Assembly: GCA_032718475.1 (NCBI GenBank)
Contig: JAUCBJ010006599.1
Coordinates: forward strand, 59,476 to 123,475
Direction of reading: 5' to 3'
From: Nemertoderma westbladi
Taxonomy: Eukaryota; Animalia; Xenacoelomorpha
Length of the DNA: 64,000 nucleotides
Part shown: piece after piece, positions 1 to 10,586 of the stretch
How positions within the stretch are numbered: position 1 is the first letter of the stretch
How the letters are laid out: every line of letters begins with the position of its first letter
Notes under the pieces: generated by a model
Told to the model about the DNA's origin: nothing
The model's database searches: none
The model's input: only the letters and a program-made list of their open reading frames with translations
Position numbers and translations under genes: made by a program

Positions 1-450
1 CATATTATGACGATTGTTTCCTCCATTTGCGGAAACTATAACCTCCGTTGCGGCGATTGTTTCCTATATATATGCATATTGGCAAGTATAACCTCCGTTG
101 TGGCGATTTTATCATCAAAATATTGGAACTGACCCAAACAGTACCCACCCACGCACATATTTATGGGTTACACTGATAAACTGAAAGTACAGTACTTTGT
201 ACCGGTACCATCCTATATCAACACATCTAGGCATGCAGAACATGAATTCAGGTTTTACTTAATTAATAAATTAATTAAGCATTTAAGTCAAATATTTTCT
301 TTCCGTTTATCTTCACAATCTTCGTAAATTGTAATTCCAGATCTTTTTGCCACACGCCGTTGTGATATGAATGAGTCCGATATAACTCCGTATTTCACCG
401 TTGGGGCTGTTGGGTCCGTTTGGGTTTTTCTCTTTTTAGTCCTACCGCTC

Positions 451-690
451 CTATGTAACCTGCTCCTTTCCCCCAATAGATAAAGTGATCGTTTATTGTT
501 TTGGTTAGAAAAACCCACCTCTGGAACCTGCTCTTTTGCCTTAATAGGTAAAGTTATTGATATTGTTTTGGTTAGAATAGCCCGTCTATGTAACCTGCTC
601 CGATGAGGCCTCAATTGGTAAGGTGCTCGTTTATTGTTTTGGTTAGAAGCCTGCCTCTTTAACCTGCTACTTTCCATCAATTGGTAATTG
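451..690. repeat. Tandem array (about 3.5 units of 67-71 bp) of a block-conserved motif TTATTGTTTTGGTTAGA-N10-12-T(G/T)(T/G)AACCTGCT-N-AATWGGTAA
   Basis: GGTTAGAA starts at 503, 570 and 641. AACCTGCT recurs four times. The blocks are conserved while the sequence between them differs in each unit. Confidence 0.8.
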
Positions 691-2260
691 TTTTTGGCTA
701 TAAAATGAGTGTTTTGCTAGTCATATGGAAATCGATTATCGACAACATACAGAAATTATTAAATATAGAGTCTTTTACTACAGGCGCATATGGAAATCTA
801 TCTCATAGTCTAGAAATCATCAAATTTTGAATGTTTTGCCACAAAGCAATGCCATGCCGCAAGTATTGTAAATTAAACCATCTGACAGTCCAGAAATCAG
901 CGGTCTGACAGTTTGAAGAAATACATAGGCAGATAGGGGAGGGGCCTACATACTGACATAAAACAGTAAAAAGTCAATAAACGGACAACAAAAGTCTGAA
1001 AGTCATGCACAATTCGTAAAAAAAGGCGGACAAAAAAGTCAAAAGAACGGAAGTAAAAAATCAATGCCTATTGAAATAATGAATAGGCCTACCGCCTACG
1101 CTACGAGTGGAGTAGGTGGTGCAGTCAGGGAGATCATCAATTTTGGGGTTACCCCAAATTTCGAATTCTGGTAATAGACTGTCGAATATTGGGGTTTTTT
1201 GTTCAAATTTGAGGTATTTTTAGGCTCATAATATCGAGTTTTGCTGCGACTTAGGGAAACTGTTGGAGCAACTTCTACTTTTAATATGTTAAAATATAAT
1301 GTAAAATAAGAACTTTTATCGATGCAATAAAATATTTCACCGATGCAAACATGCTTTTATTGGGGGCGAAAATTGAAATTTGAGGTTAAACCTCAAATTT
1401 GAGACAAAACCTCAAATTTTGCCAGTCTTTACAACATCACCAGCCTGCCAGCCAGCCAGCAGTAGGGTGTAGCAGTAGGCTTTGCTGCTTAGTGCTTATA
1501 GAGCTTGGTGAGAATAGGTGACCAGTGCAGCAGTGTAACCTGTGACATGACATGTATGCAGGGTAGGCTTAACCTAACACCACAGCAACTTACAGTCAAT
1601 AACTTTAATGATTGTTAACTCCATTAGTGATTGGTGATAAAAATGCAGAAGACTAGAGAAATTCGCTATCCTTACAGCCTTACTGTTGGTAAGAAGAAAA
1701 GTAGACCAAATCCTCACTGTCAGACTGTTGCGAGATTCAAGCTCACACAGCTGCACAGTCACAGTATCAGGAAGGCCTACTATATCTTGTAGATGTTGAA
1801 TCAATTCCAGAATTTGGAAGTTTGCATATTGGCATTCGTCGGTTCTGTTCATCATTCATATCACACATCTTCGGAAAAAAAATATGTTTTCTGGTTGTTG
1901 TTGTCCTCTCTGATAGTCCTCTGATAGTCCTCTCTGATGTCCTGGACTGATTTCTAGACAAATGTTGCCGCAAAGGTTGACGTGGTTTATACAATATATG
2001 TGGACTTGATTCTTTTGTTAGTTATTCTATACGACTGGAGAGTGGGAGACTCTAAAGTTGGAACCACTACCTACTGCAGTATACATCAATTAAAGTTCAA
2101 TTTGATAATGTCTGAATGTGCTTTAAACTTATGTAAAGATCTAAACCTGATCCTCCATTACAACAATGTGCAACATCCTCGCAGACTATTTTAATATCCC
2201 AGCCAGACATCCAATGCAATCATGACCTGGCCATATATATAAAATTATGAAGCAAAGGCC

Positions 2261-2560
2261 ATGCCCCGCCCATCTGCCCATGTCTACTCTACATGTTCCA
2301 TACACCACCTCTTCTTTATCAGGGTCATTAACATATGGAACATGATGGACCTGGAACACAGTAGAAACATCATCGTCACTAATCGCTATTCTTTTAAACA
2401 GTCTTTAGACTCTGCTTTCTTATCAAGACATCTGAAATGTTTTAGAAATCTAAGTGACTGTTTGTTTATACTATACAGCCTGATCCACCATTACAGCAAT
2501 GTGCAACATCCTCCCAGACTATTTTAATATCCCAGAAATCTATGTGACTGTTTGTTTATT
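2261..2560 (+). mobile_element. 3' fragment of a CR1/L2-group LINE
   Basis: Translation LFFIRVINIWN...SFKQSLD matches the typical CR1/L2 ORF2 C-terminus (FF.R.I..WN.L...FK..L). Local direct duplication 2147-2202 vs about 2480-2534. Confidence 0.5.
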
Positions 2561-2609
2561 TACTATACATCCTTTTAAATTGACCTTATGAGGAACCAGA
2601 ATCATTTAT

Positions 2610-3360
2610 AACTTGGGCAAAAAGTATAACTTTTTTCACTAACCTATTCTCGAGGCTTTATCTCATCTCTGGTCTGGAGTATACCTTGCAGTCTCTAAAG
2701 TTGCATTGCAATAGTGTGTAGGGATTAATTTTGCTCAAATTACCTGCAAACCTTTTCTACTCTGATGCGCGATGCTATTTCAACACATTCAATGAAATTT
2801 TAGAAATTCCACCAAAAATATGTTGGCACTTGTGTCAAATCAAATAGGTGACCTTCCTAATCGGCTAATCCTGAAATCAACTGCTAATCCAAAATTTAGT
2901 GCAGGAGATATCAATATTCCTAACTCTTGTTTATTGTTTTTTGGTTACTTTCAACTCACTTCTGTAATTGCTCCTTTGCTAACCCTGAAACCGGGCACTA
3001 GTGACTTCAGTTTAGGTGATTTCAGGATTAGGAGCTAGGAGGGTCCCCTATTTGACACAAGTGCCAATCTGCCAATATTTTATTTTACTTTTTTTATCGG
3101 GAGAAAAACTAAAATCAATACAATATCATGGCTGAATGGTACATTATTATGTGGCAATATTATTCAATATTATTGCTGACTTTGCAATAAGCTGTCACCG
3201 TCCCATCTCCCAACAAAAAGTTACAATATGATGGCGATGGGGTGGGGGGGGACAACTTTTTCCCTACCAGTAGGGAAAAAAAGTACGTCTACTACTTTTT
3301 CTCCCGATTTTAGGGCATATTCAAGCAAAAAGTAATAATTTAAAAATATAAGTTCTTTAA
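2610..3360 (+). mobile_element. Degenerate copy of the dispersed element at 8490-9170, interrupted by a MITE
   Basis: Shares long blocks with 8510-9170, e.g. ATTTTGCTCAAATTAC.TGCAA.CCTTT, AGAAATTC.ACCAAAAATA and TTTTTCTCCCGATTTT. Confidence 0.6.
2823..3067. mobile_element. MITE (about 245 bp) with long imperfect TIRs
   Basis: TTGGCACTTGTGTCAAAT...ATTTGACACAAGTGCCAA, with internal arms CTAATCCTGAAATCA / TGATTTCAGGATTAG. It is absent at the homologous position (about 9030) of the related element. No clear TSD. Confidence 0.75.
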
Positions 3361-4515
3361 GCGCGGGCCACCCTACCAGTGACCATTACAGCAATAACCA
3401 TCCAGCCATCAGACCATTAGAACTAGAAACTCATATATTTAACCTCTTTGACATATTTTTCTTATTTTATTATACTTCCTATTGGCAGATTGGCTAATTT
3501 GTGGAGGCCCTATTAATGTATTGCCAGCACTGACTGACTGATACCTACCTAGACCTACCCTACCATTCATATCCTGACTTTTAAACACTTAAATAGCCCT
3601 TACTTTTAGCTAACAGTACTGTATAATAATAAGCCTTTTTAAACTAATGTAATATGTTTTAAACATTATATTTCACTGCACTCAGACACTAGGCCTACAT
3701 CAGTTCATAGTTTTTTACCTTTGCAATACAGTAACAAGCTAACAACTACAGAACTAGGCCAACTATGACCTATGTCTGTATCTGACTATGAAATTCAAAT
3801 TTGGGGTAAAACTCAAATTTAGAGAATTAACCTAACCTTGTATTAAATTTGAGGTAATTCCAAAATTGGGTCTATAATTTGAAATTTGAGGTATTCTCAA
3901 ATTTGATGATCTCCCTGACTGCTGGGTGGTAGGGTCTAAACGCGAGCGAAGCTAGCGGAAAGCCTAGTACAGTAGTACCGGTACCGGTACTGGAGATAGT
4001 ATCGAAGTTTGATATTCAGATATTTTATAGAGTACTGGAGTAGGTAGGCCTACGCTAGAGTTTGGAGTTCTGGAGTTTCTATCGGTACCCGGCACCCGGC
4101 CTGCCGGCTGCCCGGTACAGCGGTAGGCCTACATACCGCAGTACCGGTATGTTTTCTGATTGTTTAATGGTCATTGTCACTATTGTCAGGGTCCCAGTTT
4201 AGTGCGAAACTTTGACGTTGTCAGAAATTAGTATCGGTTTTAATTCATATTTTTTCATATTCATCATTCAGTCATTATTAGGCCTATCGCTGTATCGGTT
4301 TTCATTTTGATATTATAATCTAAGTACCGTACCTGATTAGTGATTAGGCCTATTGAGTAGGGCTACGGTACCGTAATCAATGATGCGGTGCGGTATCCAA
4401 TTGACAAGGCCTATATCTCATCTGTCAGTCTGTATATCAGTATATCGCTATATCTGTCTGTACCGGTATTGTATGAGAATAACTGTATGTAAACGTCTGA
4501 TTTAGTAATATTAAA

Positions 4516-7500
4516 ATGTCATCGAGGGTGTTCAACAACGACAATAATAAATCTACTAACGTCAACAATGACAATTATAACGTCGACGTTTCAAAAACTT
4601 TGGTGTCTATTACTGCTGACATCCAGCTGAGTGCTTCTGTAAATCCAAGCACATCCTCAACAAATCCCATAAATACTCATAAAGTTCAGGGCAAAAATAG
4701 TATTGCCATAGTTACAACCAAATTAAACAAATTACTGCAGTTTCCAGAAAAGAGTTCGACACGGGGTGACGTTAGAGATTGCACTGTTTCGGATGAGCCG
4801 GTAGCCAAGGAAAACGTTGGTTCTTTCCCGAACAGGAAGCAGCCAATAAGACGAACTGCAGTTAGTGAAACAAAACAAGCGCTATGGACACAAATCCCCC
4901 CAGAGAGGCATTTTATTCGTTACGACGCCTGCGATCAGTGTAGAAATGTCTTTAAATGCAGCGACTTGTGTATGTTTGGAAATACTTTACTCGATCGGCA
5001 GCAGTGTTTGTGCGTAAGCTGCGCAGCGTCTTCAATAAAGTTATTGAATAGGAAGACAACTTACAGCGTGGCTGAAAGGGAGGAGTTGGATTCTACTAGA
5101 TTCTCTTGTAGAGAATGCGAAGTTGTTTGTCACTCACAGTTCTCCATCAGGGAACACTTTATATCCTCGCATAAACCTATATTTATTCAACGCAATAACA
5201 TATGCGAGCTCTGCAATATATCATTTAAGAAACTGAGCAATTTTCGTTTCCACGTTAGTAAGTTCCACTGCCCTGGAATGGTTACCAGTATGTGTGGTAA
5301 AGGCGAACCTCCTGTTAACTTACAGCCTTATTTTAAGCTTGTAAATTGCCACGACTGCCATTCGATAACGGAAGTTTCCAAAATGTCTCCTTATCTATTT
5401 CAAGGCAACCATATTGTTCTTCTATGTCGGTTCTGCCAAGAAATCGCCAAAACTAGGAAAGTTTACGTTAAAACGGATGATTTCCCGAAAGTTAAGGACA
5501 TTGACTTGAAGTATCAATGTTCCGTCTGCATGAAACTTTATCAATCCCGACTGAAAGCTAAACAACATTTTGAAATCGAGCACGTAAACATTCATAAATT
5601 TTTTTGTTCGGTTTGTTACATCACGTTTTACAGTCGTGCTGATATGGAGAGGCACAGGGCGACTTCAAAACGTCACTTGCGTTTGGAGGCGATCAAAATA
5701 TTGGGGAGGGCTCCTCCTCCCAAAGAAGGAGTGGGTAGGGCACCCCTTCACAAAGGAGGAGTTGGGAGAGTGCCTCTTCACAAAGGAGTTGGGAGGGTGC
5801 CTCTTCACAAAGGAGTTGGGAGGGTGCCTCTTCACAAAGGAGAAGTGGGGAGTGTTCCTCTTCACAAAGGAGGGGTGGGGCGTGTTCCGCTTCACAAAGG
5901 CGGAGTTGGGAGTGTTCCTATTCACAAAGGAGTACTAGGGAGTGTTCCTCTTCACAAAGGAGGAGTTGGGAGGATACCTCTTCACAAAGGAGGAGTTGGG
6001 AGGGTTCCTATTCACAAAGGAGGACTAGGAAGTGTTCCTCTTCACAAAGATGGACAGGGGAGTGTTCCTCTTCACAAAGGAGGCGAGGGGAGTGTTAATA
6101 TTCACAAAGGAGTGGGAAGTGTTAGTCAATTCAAAGGAGGAGTCAGCTATGTTTCCCATAATGAAGGAGAGAAAAGTGTTTCACATGAAAAAGAAACACT
6201 TAATATATTCAGTTACGAGGAACACTTACCTCTCTCCATGCTGAAACAACCATCTGTTGTTCTCCACGATATTGGCATCGGTTTGCCCGAATTTAAAACC
6301 CTAAACACTGTTCCGGAAATGAGTGTGAGTAAACAGGAAGTGAGCATGAGTGAACCGGAAGTGGGTGTGATTGAACCGGTAGTTATTGTTATTAAACCGG
6401 ACGTGTGTACACCTGAGGTCAGCGCATCCCCTACAAAACAAAAACGTAAATACACAAAAAGCGGCAATGGATACCATCTCAGGCGCAAATATACCAAAGT
6501 AGCAAATGCAGTAGTTGCTAAGCGCAAATATACAAAAAGAGTAATTTCAGTTGTTGCGAAACGCAAATATACAAAAAAAGTAATTTCAGTTGTTGCGAAG
6601 CGCAAATATACAAAAAGAGCAAATGCTGTTGACCTTAAACCAAAGCGTAAATATACAAGAAAAGTTGTAGTAGCGGATGAAAAATTACTTAACAAAAAAC
6701 ATTTGATCTACATCAAATGCTTCTCATGTAGCGAGTGCGAAAAGGAGACGAATTACAACCAGTTGGCTTGTTATGTAGTTGGCGATAAATCTCAGGTTTA
6801 CCTGTGTAAGATCTGCTCAGACACCGTTGGCAATCGCGATGGATATGTCCATCGCCCATTCCGTAGGAAAAGCGACGCCGGCCTCACGAAAATATATAAA
6901 TGTCGGGTTTGTTTGAAGCCGTACTCAACAAGATCCCACGCGTCACGACACCACATCAGCGAACACACATCCCTCACGCAGCACTACTGCGAATACTGCG
7001 GTCGAACGCTCTTTGGTATTAATGAACTTAATAGACACAATAACTCGAAGAAACATAAAACCATCATGGAAACGCAATCTGTAAAGAACGTTAGCTTTAA
7101 TGCTTCCTCCTCTTCCTATTCTTCCATGAAACCTCAACATTTATCGGCATTTGACCCGATGATAAAAACTGGAAAAGACACATCTCCAATGCAACCGATT
7201 GACTCTTCTAGGCAATACAAAACCACCGAGACTGCGACAACTAGGTGCAACCCAGCGGTTTATTCTCGTCGTAAAACCCGCGACCGAGGGACTTCTACCC
7301 CCAATGTAAATAAACACAACAGAGGAACCTCCCCTATCAAACCACTAGATCGCGTTGATAGATCAACTTCCCCTATTATGTTCGAGCAGGTTAATACTTT
7401 ATCAGTTAAACCGAATTTATCAGTTAACATCCTTTCACCAGTTAACTCTGTTTCACCAGTTAAGACCTTTTCACCAGTTAACTCAGTTTCTCCAGATAAC

Positions 7501-7773
7501 CCCGATCTACCCAAGGTCATTCACCCCTGTACTTTCTGTTCCAAACTATTTTCTTCTAGAGACTATCTACAACGCCATATCAGTCGCCAACATAATGACG
7601 TTGGCGACCCTCGAACTAATGGACCAATAGCGAACAGCATTGGGAAGGCGACACACTTCTCTCAGTTACTTAAAAGTATGGTTTCCCCGTACCGCTGCCA
7701 TTCCTGTGTGCAGAGCGCTAACCCCAGCTGTGAGCTATGTTCCAGCGTAAACAAACATTTTGGCCTTCTATAA
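4516..7773 (+). CDS. Multi zinc-finger protein (1085 aa): three C4+C2H2+C2H2 modules, coding minisatellites and a C-terminal C2H2 finger
   Basis: Uninterrupted 3.26-kb ORF with fingers such as CELCNISFKKLSNFRFHVSKFH and CTFCSKLFSSRDYLQRHISRQH. A TTTAG acceptor-like site lies just upstream of the ATG. Paralogue at 47828. Confidence 0.9.
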   Translation: MSSRVFNNDNNKSTNVNNDNYNVDVSKTLVSITADIQLSASVNPSTSSTNPINTHKVQGKNSIAIVTTKLNKLLQFPEKSSTRGDVRDCTVSDEPVAKENVGSFPNRKQPIRRTAVSETKQALWTQIPPERHFIRYDACDQCRNVFKCSDLCMFGNTLLDRQQCLCVSCAASSIKLLNRKTTYSVAEREELDSTRFSCRECEVVCHSQFSIREHFISSHKPIFIQRNNICELCNISFKKLSNFRFHVSKFHCPGMVTSMCGKGEPPVNLQPYFKLVNCHDCHSITEVSKMSPYLFQGNHIVLLCRFCQEIAKTRKVYVKTDDFPKVKDIDLKYQCSVCMKLYQSRLKAKQHFEIEHVNIHKFFCSVCYITFYSRADMERHRATSKRHLRLEAIKILGRAPPPKEGVGRAPLHKGGVGRVPLHKGVGRVPLHKGVGRVPLHKGEVGSVPLHKGGVGRVPLHKGGVGSVPIHKGVLGSVPLHKGGVGRIPLHKGGVGRVPIHKGGLGSVPLHKDGQGSVPLHKGGEGSVNIHKGVGSVSQFKGGVSYVSHNEGEKSVSHEKETLNIFSYEEHLPLSMLKQPSVVLHDIGIGLPEFKTLNTVPEMSVSKQEVSMSEPEVGVIEPVVIVIKPDVCTPEVSASPTKQKRKYTKSGNGYHLRRKYTKVANAVVAKRKYTKRVISVVAKRKYTKKVISVVAKRKYTKRANAVDLKPKRKYTRKVVVADEKLLNKKHLIYIKCFSCSECEKETNYNQLACYVVGDKSQVYLCKICSDTVGNRDGYVHRPFRRKSDAGLTKIYKCRVCLKPYSTRSHASRHHISEHTSLTQHYCEYCGRTLFGINELNRHNNSKKHKTIMETQSVKNVSFNASSSSYSSMKPQHLSAFDPMIKTGKDTSPMQPIDSSRQYKTTETATTRCNPAVYSRRKTRDRGTSTPNVNKHNRGTSPIKPLDRVDRSTSPIMFEQVNTLSVKPNLSVNILSPVNSVSPVKTFSPVNSVSPDNPDLPKVIHPCTFCSKLFSSRDYLQRHISRQHNDVGDPRTNGPIANSIGKATHFSQLLKSMVSPYRCHSCVQSANPSCELCSSVNKHFGLL
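5704..6140 (+). repeat. In-frame 33/30-bp coding minisatellite, (G)GVG(R/S)VPLHKG, about 13 units
   Basis: Repeated GTTCCTCTTCACAAAGGAGGA-type units with the frame preserved. Confidence 0.9.
6442..6663 (+). repeat. In-frame repeat of about 39 bp encoding KRKYTK units (6 copies)
   Basis: KRKYTK / RRKYTK / KRKYTR recur, mostly at 13-aa spacing, in the ORF translation. Confidence 0.85.
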
Positions 7774-8134
7774 TTTAGCTAATTAGTTTTATGTCAGTTT
7801 GTGAGTAACACCCTTGGTAGTTTATTACCAGTATAAATGATATTGACTGTGGAGTTTGAGTTGGGAATTAATTTATGATTAATTGAATCTGTCTTCCTTT
7901 GAATTTATCTTTTTGTAAAAATAACTTACAGTAGCTTATGAATTATTTGATATATAGTGGTGTTAATTGCTGTATATTTCAATAGTAGTAATTTCAGGCT
8001 TAAGTTGGCTTTAATCGAGTTGGTCGAGCCTTCATTTATGCAATTAGGCAATTTGAATTAGTAGATAGAGGGGGGCTCTCGATGCATTTATTTTCATCTC
8101 TCTCCAATCGAAAATCGACGCAAAGAACAGCTGA

Positions 8135-8230
8135 ATACTCCAAAATATGTATCCTGTTCTATTGACTTTCGCTTATTGTTTTTGTTAGAATAACATGTCA
8201 CTATAACCTGCTCATTTCCCGTAATTGATC
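8135..8230. repeat. Dispersed copy of the GGTTAGA-N12-TGTAACC motif
   Basis: TTATTGTTTTTGTTAGAATAACATGTCACTATAACCTGCTCATTTCC, with an upstream CCTGTTCTATTGACT block shared with the copy at about 11530. Confidence 0.75.
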
Positions 8231-8489
8231 ATTTGTCATTGAGGCGAGCTATTATTTCGCCGAGACGGGATTTGCATCAAGTTCCCCCCTTCTATCTCGA
8301 AGTCAGAAGCTTATTATTCTTATTTCCTATTATACGTGGCCGCAAGCACAAATTGTTAACATTACAATTTTAGTATACCGAAAACTAAATAAACAATTAA
8401 TTATTATCAACAACAAAAAATCTCCATTTAGATCGGAAAATTGCAGTTCCGTTGCAGTTCCGTTGCAGTAATACGTAACAATAAATATT

Positions 8490-9170
8490 TATTACATGGA
8501 AAAAAAAAGTAGAACTTTTTTCACTATTCTCGATGCATTTTATTTACCGAGCGTCAGCGAGGTTAATAAAGGGTCGAGAGAATATTGAAAAAAAACGATC
8601 TACGTTTTTTTCCCATGTAATACGTAATTTTATTCTTAAATTGGTACTTTTGTTGTTGCTTAATTATTTAATAAAACGTACAGCGACATAGTGAAACTCT
8701 GTTACAAAATAAATTGAACTGTAGTATTTTTCTTTACTTGCTTCCATAGTTACTGAATTCAAATTACGGTACTCTTCAACTTTTAATGCTGCCTTACTCA
8801 ATGTTAAATAATTTAGTGTTCGTGAATATTTATTTCGTAACTAAAGAGCCGCTTAACAACATAAACAAATATTGGATATTGAATTTCGTTTTGGAGTTCG
8901 TCTTACAAACACTAAAGTTGCAATAACTTTTGAGTGTCTGCATAGATTTTGCTCAAATTACGTGCAATCCTTTCTACGTCAATGCTCTCTCAACACAAGT
9001 AATAAAATTTAAGAAATTCAACCAAAAATATTTTAATTTACTTTTTTGCCAGGAAAAAAAGTAAATTCAATGCAATCCTATGAGATACTTTTTTTCCCTA
9101 GGGAAAAAGTTAAACTTTTTCTCCCGATTTTGGGGTTTATTCGAGTGAAAAAGTAACAATTTAAGAATAA
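8490..9170. mobile_element. Non-autonomous element with a hairpin of about 130 bp centred on CCGAGCGTCAGCGAGG (family uncertain, possibly Crypton-type)
   Basis: Inverted arms TTACATGG..AAAAGTAGA..TTTTTCA.TATTCTC and GAGAATATTGAAAAA..TCTAC.TTTTTT.CCATGTAA. The body is homologous to 2610-3360. Confidence 0.5.
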
Positions 9171-9837
9171 AAACAATTAGATACCAATTATCTTATTAAT
9201 ACAGCATAATATAACTGATTGACCCTCGGGTTTTAATGTTCGTAACTGTGCGGATTATAAATAATTTATTAGTTTCCGATATCAGTATATATATTTTATT
9301 TGAAACTGCCAAAATAAAGGTTATTTCATCTTCTTAACAACATTCGATTATTATTGCTAAGTGTGACTGTTTATAGCTTTACCTTTTTTAGTATAAAAAA
9401 TGCAAAAACCTTTTTTTAGTCGATTTTTGTGCAGAATTTAATGGCGATTCCGAATATGTAAGTTATAACTTCTCAACCCCATATCACATTCCCAACCCCG
9501 TATCACCCCCATTAGATGCCCCCTACCAAATCTCTTAACATTTCAAGTACTTGGTCACGATCCTTAGCATTTTGTGTCAATTTAACAAATTTGCCAATAA
9601 AATTGGGGGGAAATTTAAATTTCAAAAAATATTGGTTAAGAAATATCTAAGACACCTTGGCATTGTGTATTTAGCGTATAAAAGGCTACAATAAATCAGT
9701 AAGCCTGGAAAAATGGAAACTGTCTCCTAAAGGTAAAGGCGGCCAGCCTTAAAGTGATGATTAGATTATGTTTAACTATAATTTGGTGAAAGTCACCTTT
9801 TCTTTCAACAAAATTTTTTATTCGAATTACTTTCTAA

Positions 9838-10045
9838 AGGCCATGATATACCACAGGAGCGGCGAGCAGTAGCGGCCGCGGCAAGCGGCAGAAATAGAAC
9901 ACATTATTTTCTATGGGTGATGATACACCACAAATGGCTGCTGCCGCTCCTATATTGCATCATACTAAAAGTCGCCGCTCACATCGGCCGCTCGCAGCGG
10001 CCGCCCGCCGCTGCCGCTCGCCGCTCCTGTGGTGTATCATGGCCT
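9838..10045. mobile_element. PIF/Harbinger (Tourist-like) MITE, 208 bp
   Basis: TIRs AGGCCATGATATACCACAGGAGCGGCGAGC / GCTCGCCGCTCCTGTGGTGTATCATGGCCT, with a TAA target duplication on both sides. Confidence 0.85.
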
Positions 10046-10048
10046 TAA

Positions 10049-10586
10049 GGGGGGGTTAACCCCCAGTCTTTTTTTTTCATCATATTTTTTTTTAATGTGT
10101 TTTCCGATGTGAAATTTTATGGTAATTCCGAATCTGGAATCCGTTTTTCGATAAGGTATTTTGTTCTCGAGTTATGGCAACTTTTGTAATTTTCACCCAA
10201 AATTTCAAATTTTTAAATTTTGGTGCAGCACCACATTTGACACCAAAAATTACCATCAAGCACCCATAAATGTGCAAATATTTTGCCATTTTCGGAATCA
10301 GCGCCTAAAATAAGCCTATAGGTATCAAAACCACGAAAGTAGATTATATTTGACATACCCATACATTTATGGGTGTTTGATGGTAATTTTTGGTGTCAAA
10401 TGTGGTGCTGCACCAAAATTTAAAAATTTGAAATTTTGGGTGAAAATTACAAAAGTTGCCATAACTCGAGAACAAAATACCTTATCGAAAAAGTGATATA
10501 GATTCGGAATTACCATAAAATTTCACATCGGAAAACACATTAAAAAAAAATATGATGAAAAAAAAGACTGGGGGTTAACCCCCCCC
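10049..10586. mobile_element. Foldback MITE with TIRs over 200 bp and TTAA TSD (Kolobok-like)
   Basis: TTAA-GGGGGGGTTAACCCCCAGTC...GACTGGGGGTTAACCCCCCCC-TTAA, with near-perfectly inverted arms. GG..CC termini with TTAA fit Kolobok rather than piggyBac (CC..GG). Confidence 0.85.

Larger units (their letters stand above)
1121..3922. mobile_element. Non-autonomous TIR DNA transposon, 2.8 kb, approximately 8-bp TSD (hAT/P-like)
   Basis: Terminal inverted repeats GCAGTCAGGGAGATCATCAA...TTGATGATCTCCCTGACTGC. Flanks are TAGGTGGT and TGGGTGGT (1 mismatch). Subterminal (A)AATTTGAGG / CCTCAAATTT motifs occur at both ends. No transposase ORF. Confidence 0.7.

Noticed and set aside
288-680. 130-aa minus-strand ORF
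   Set aside because: It mostly translates the motif array (SNQNNKR repeats), starts at TTG and has no domain signal.
451-690. Integron attC sites or RAG RSS
   Set aside because: GTTAGA/TAAC are in the opposite order to attC core sites, there is no CACAGTG heptamer/nonamer pair, and no recombinase is nearby.
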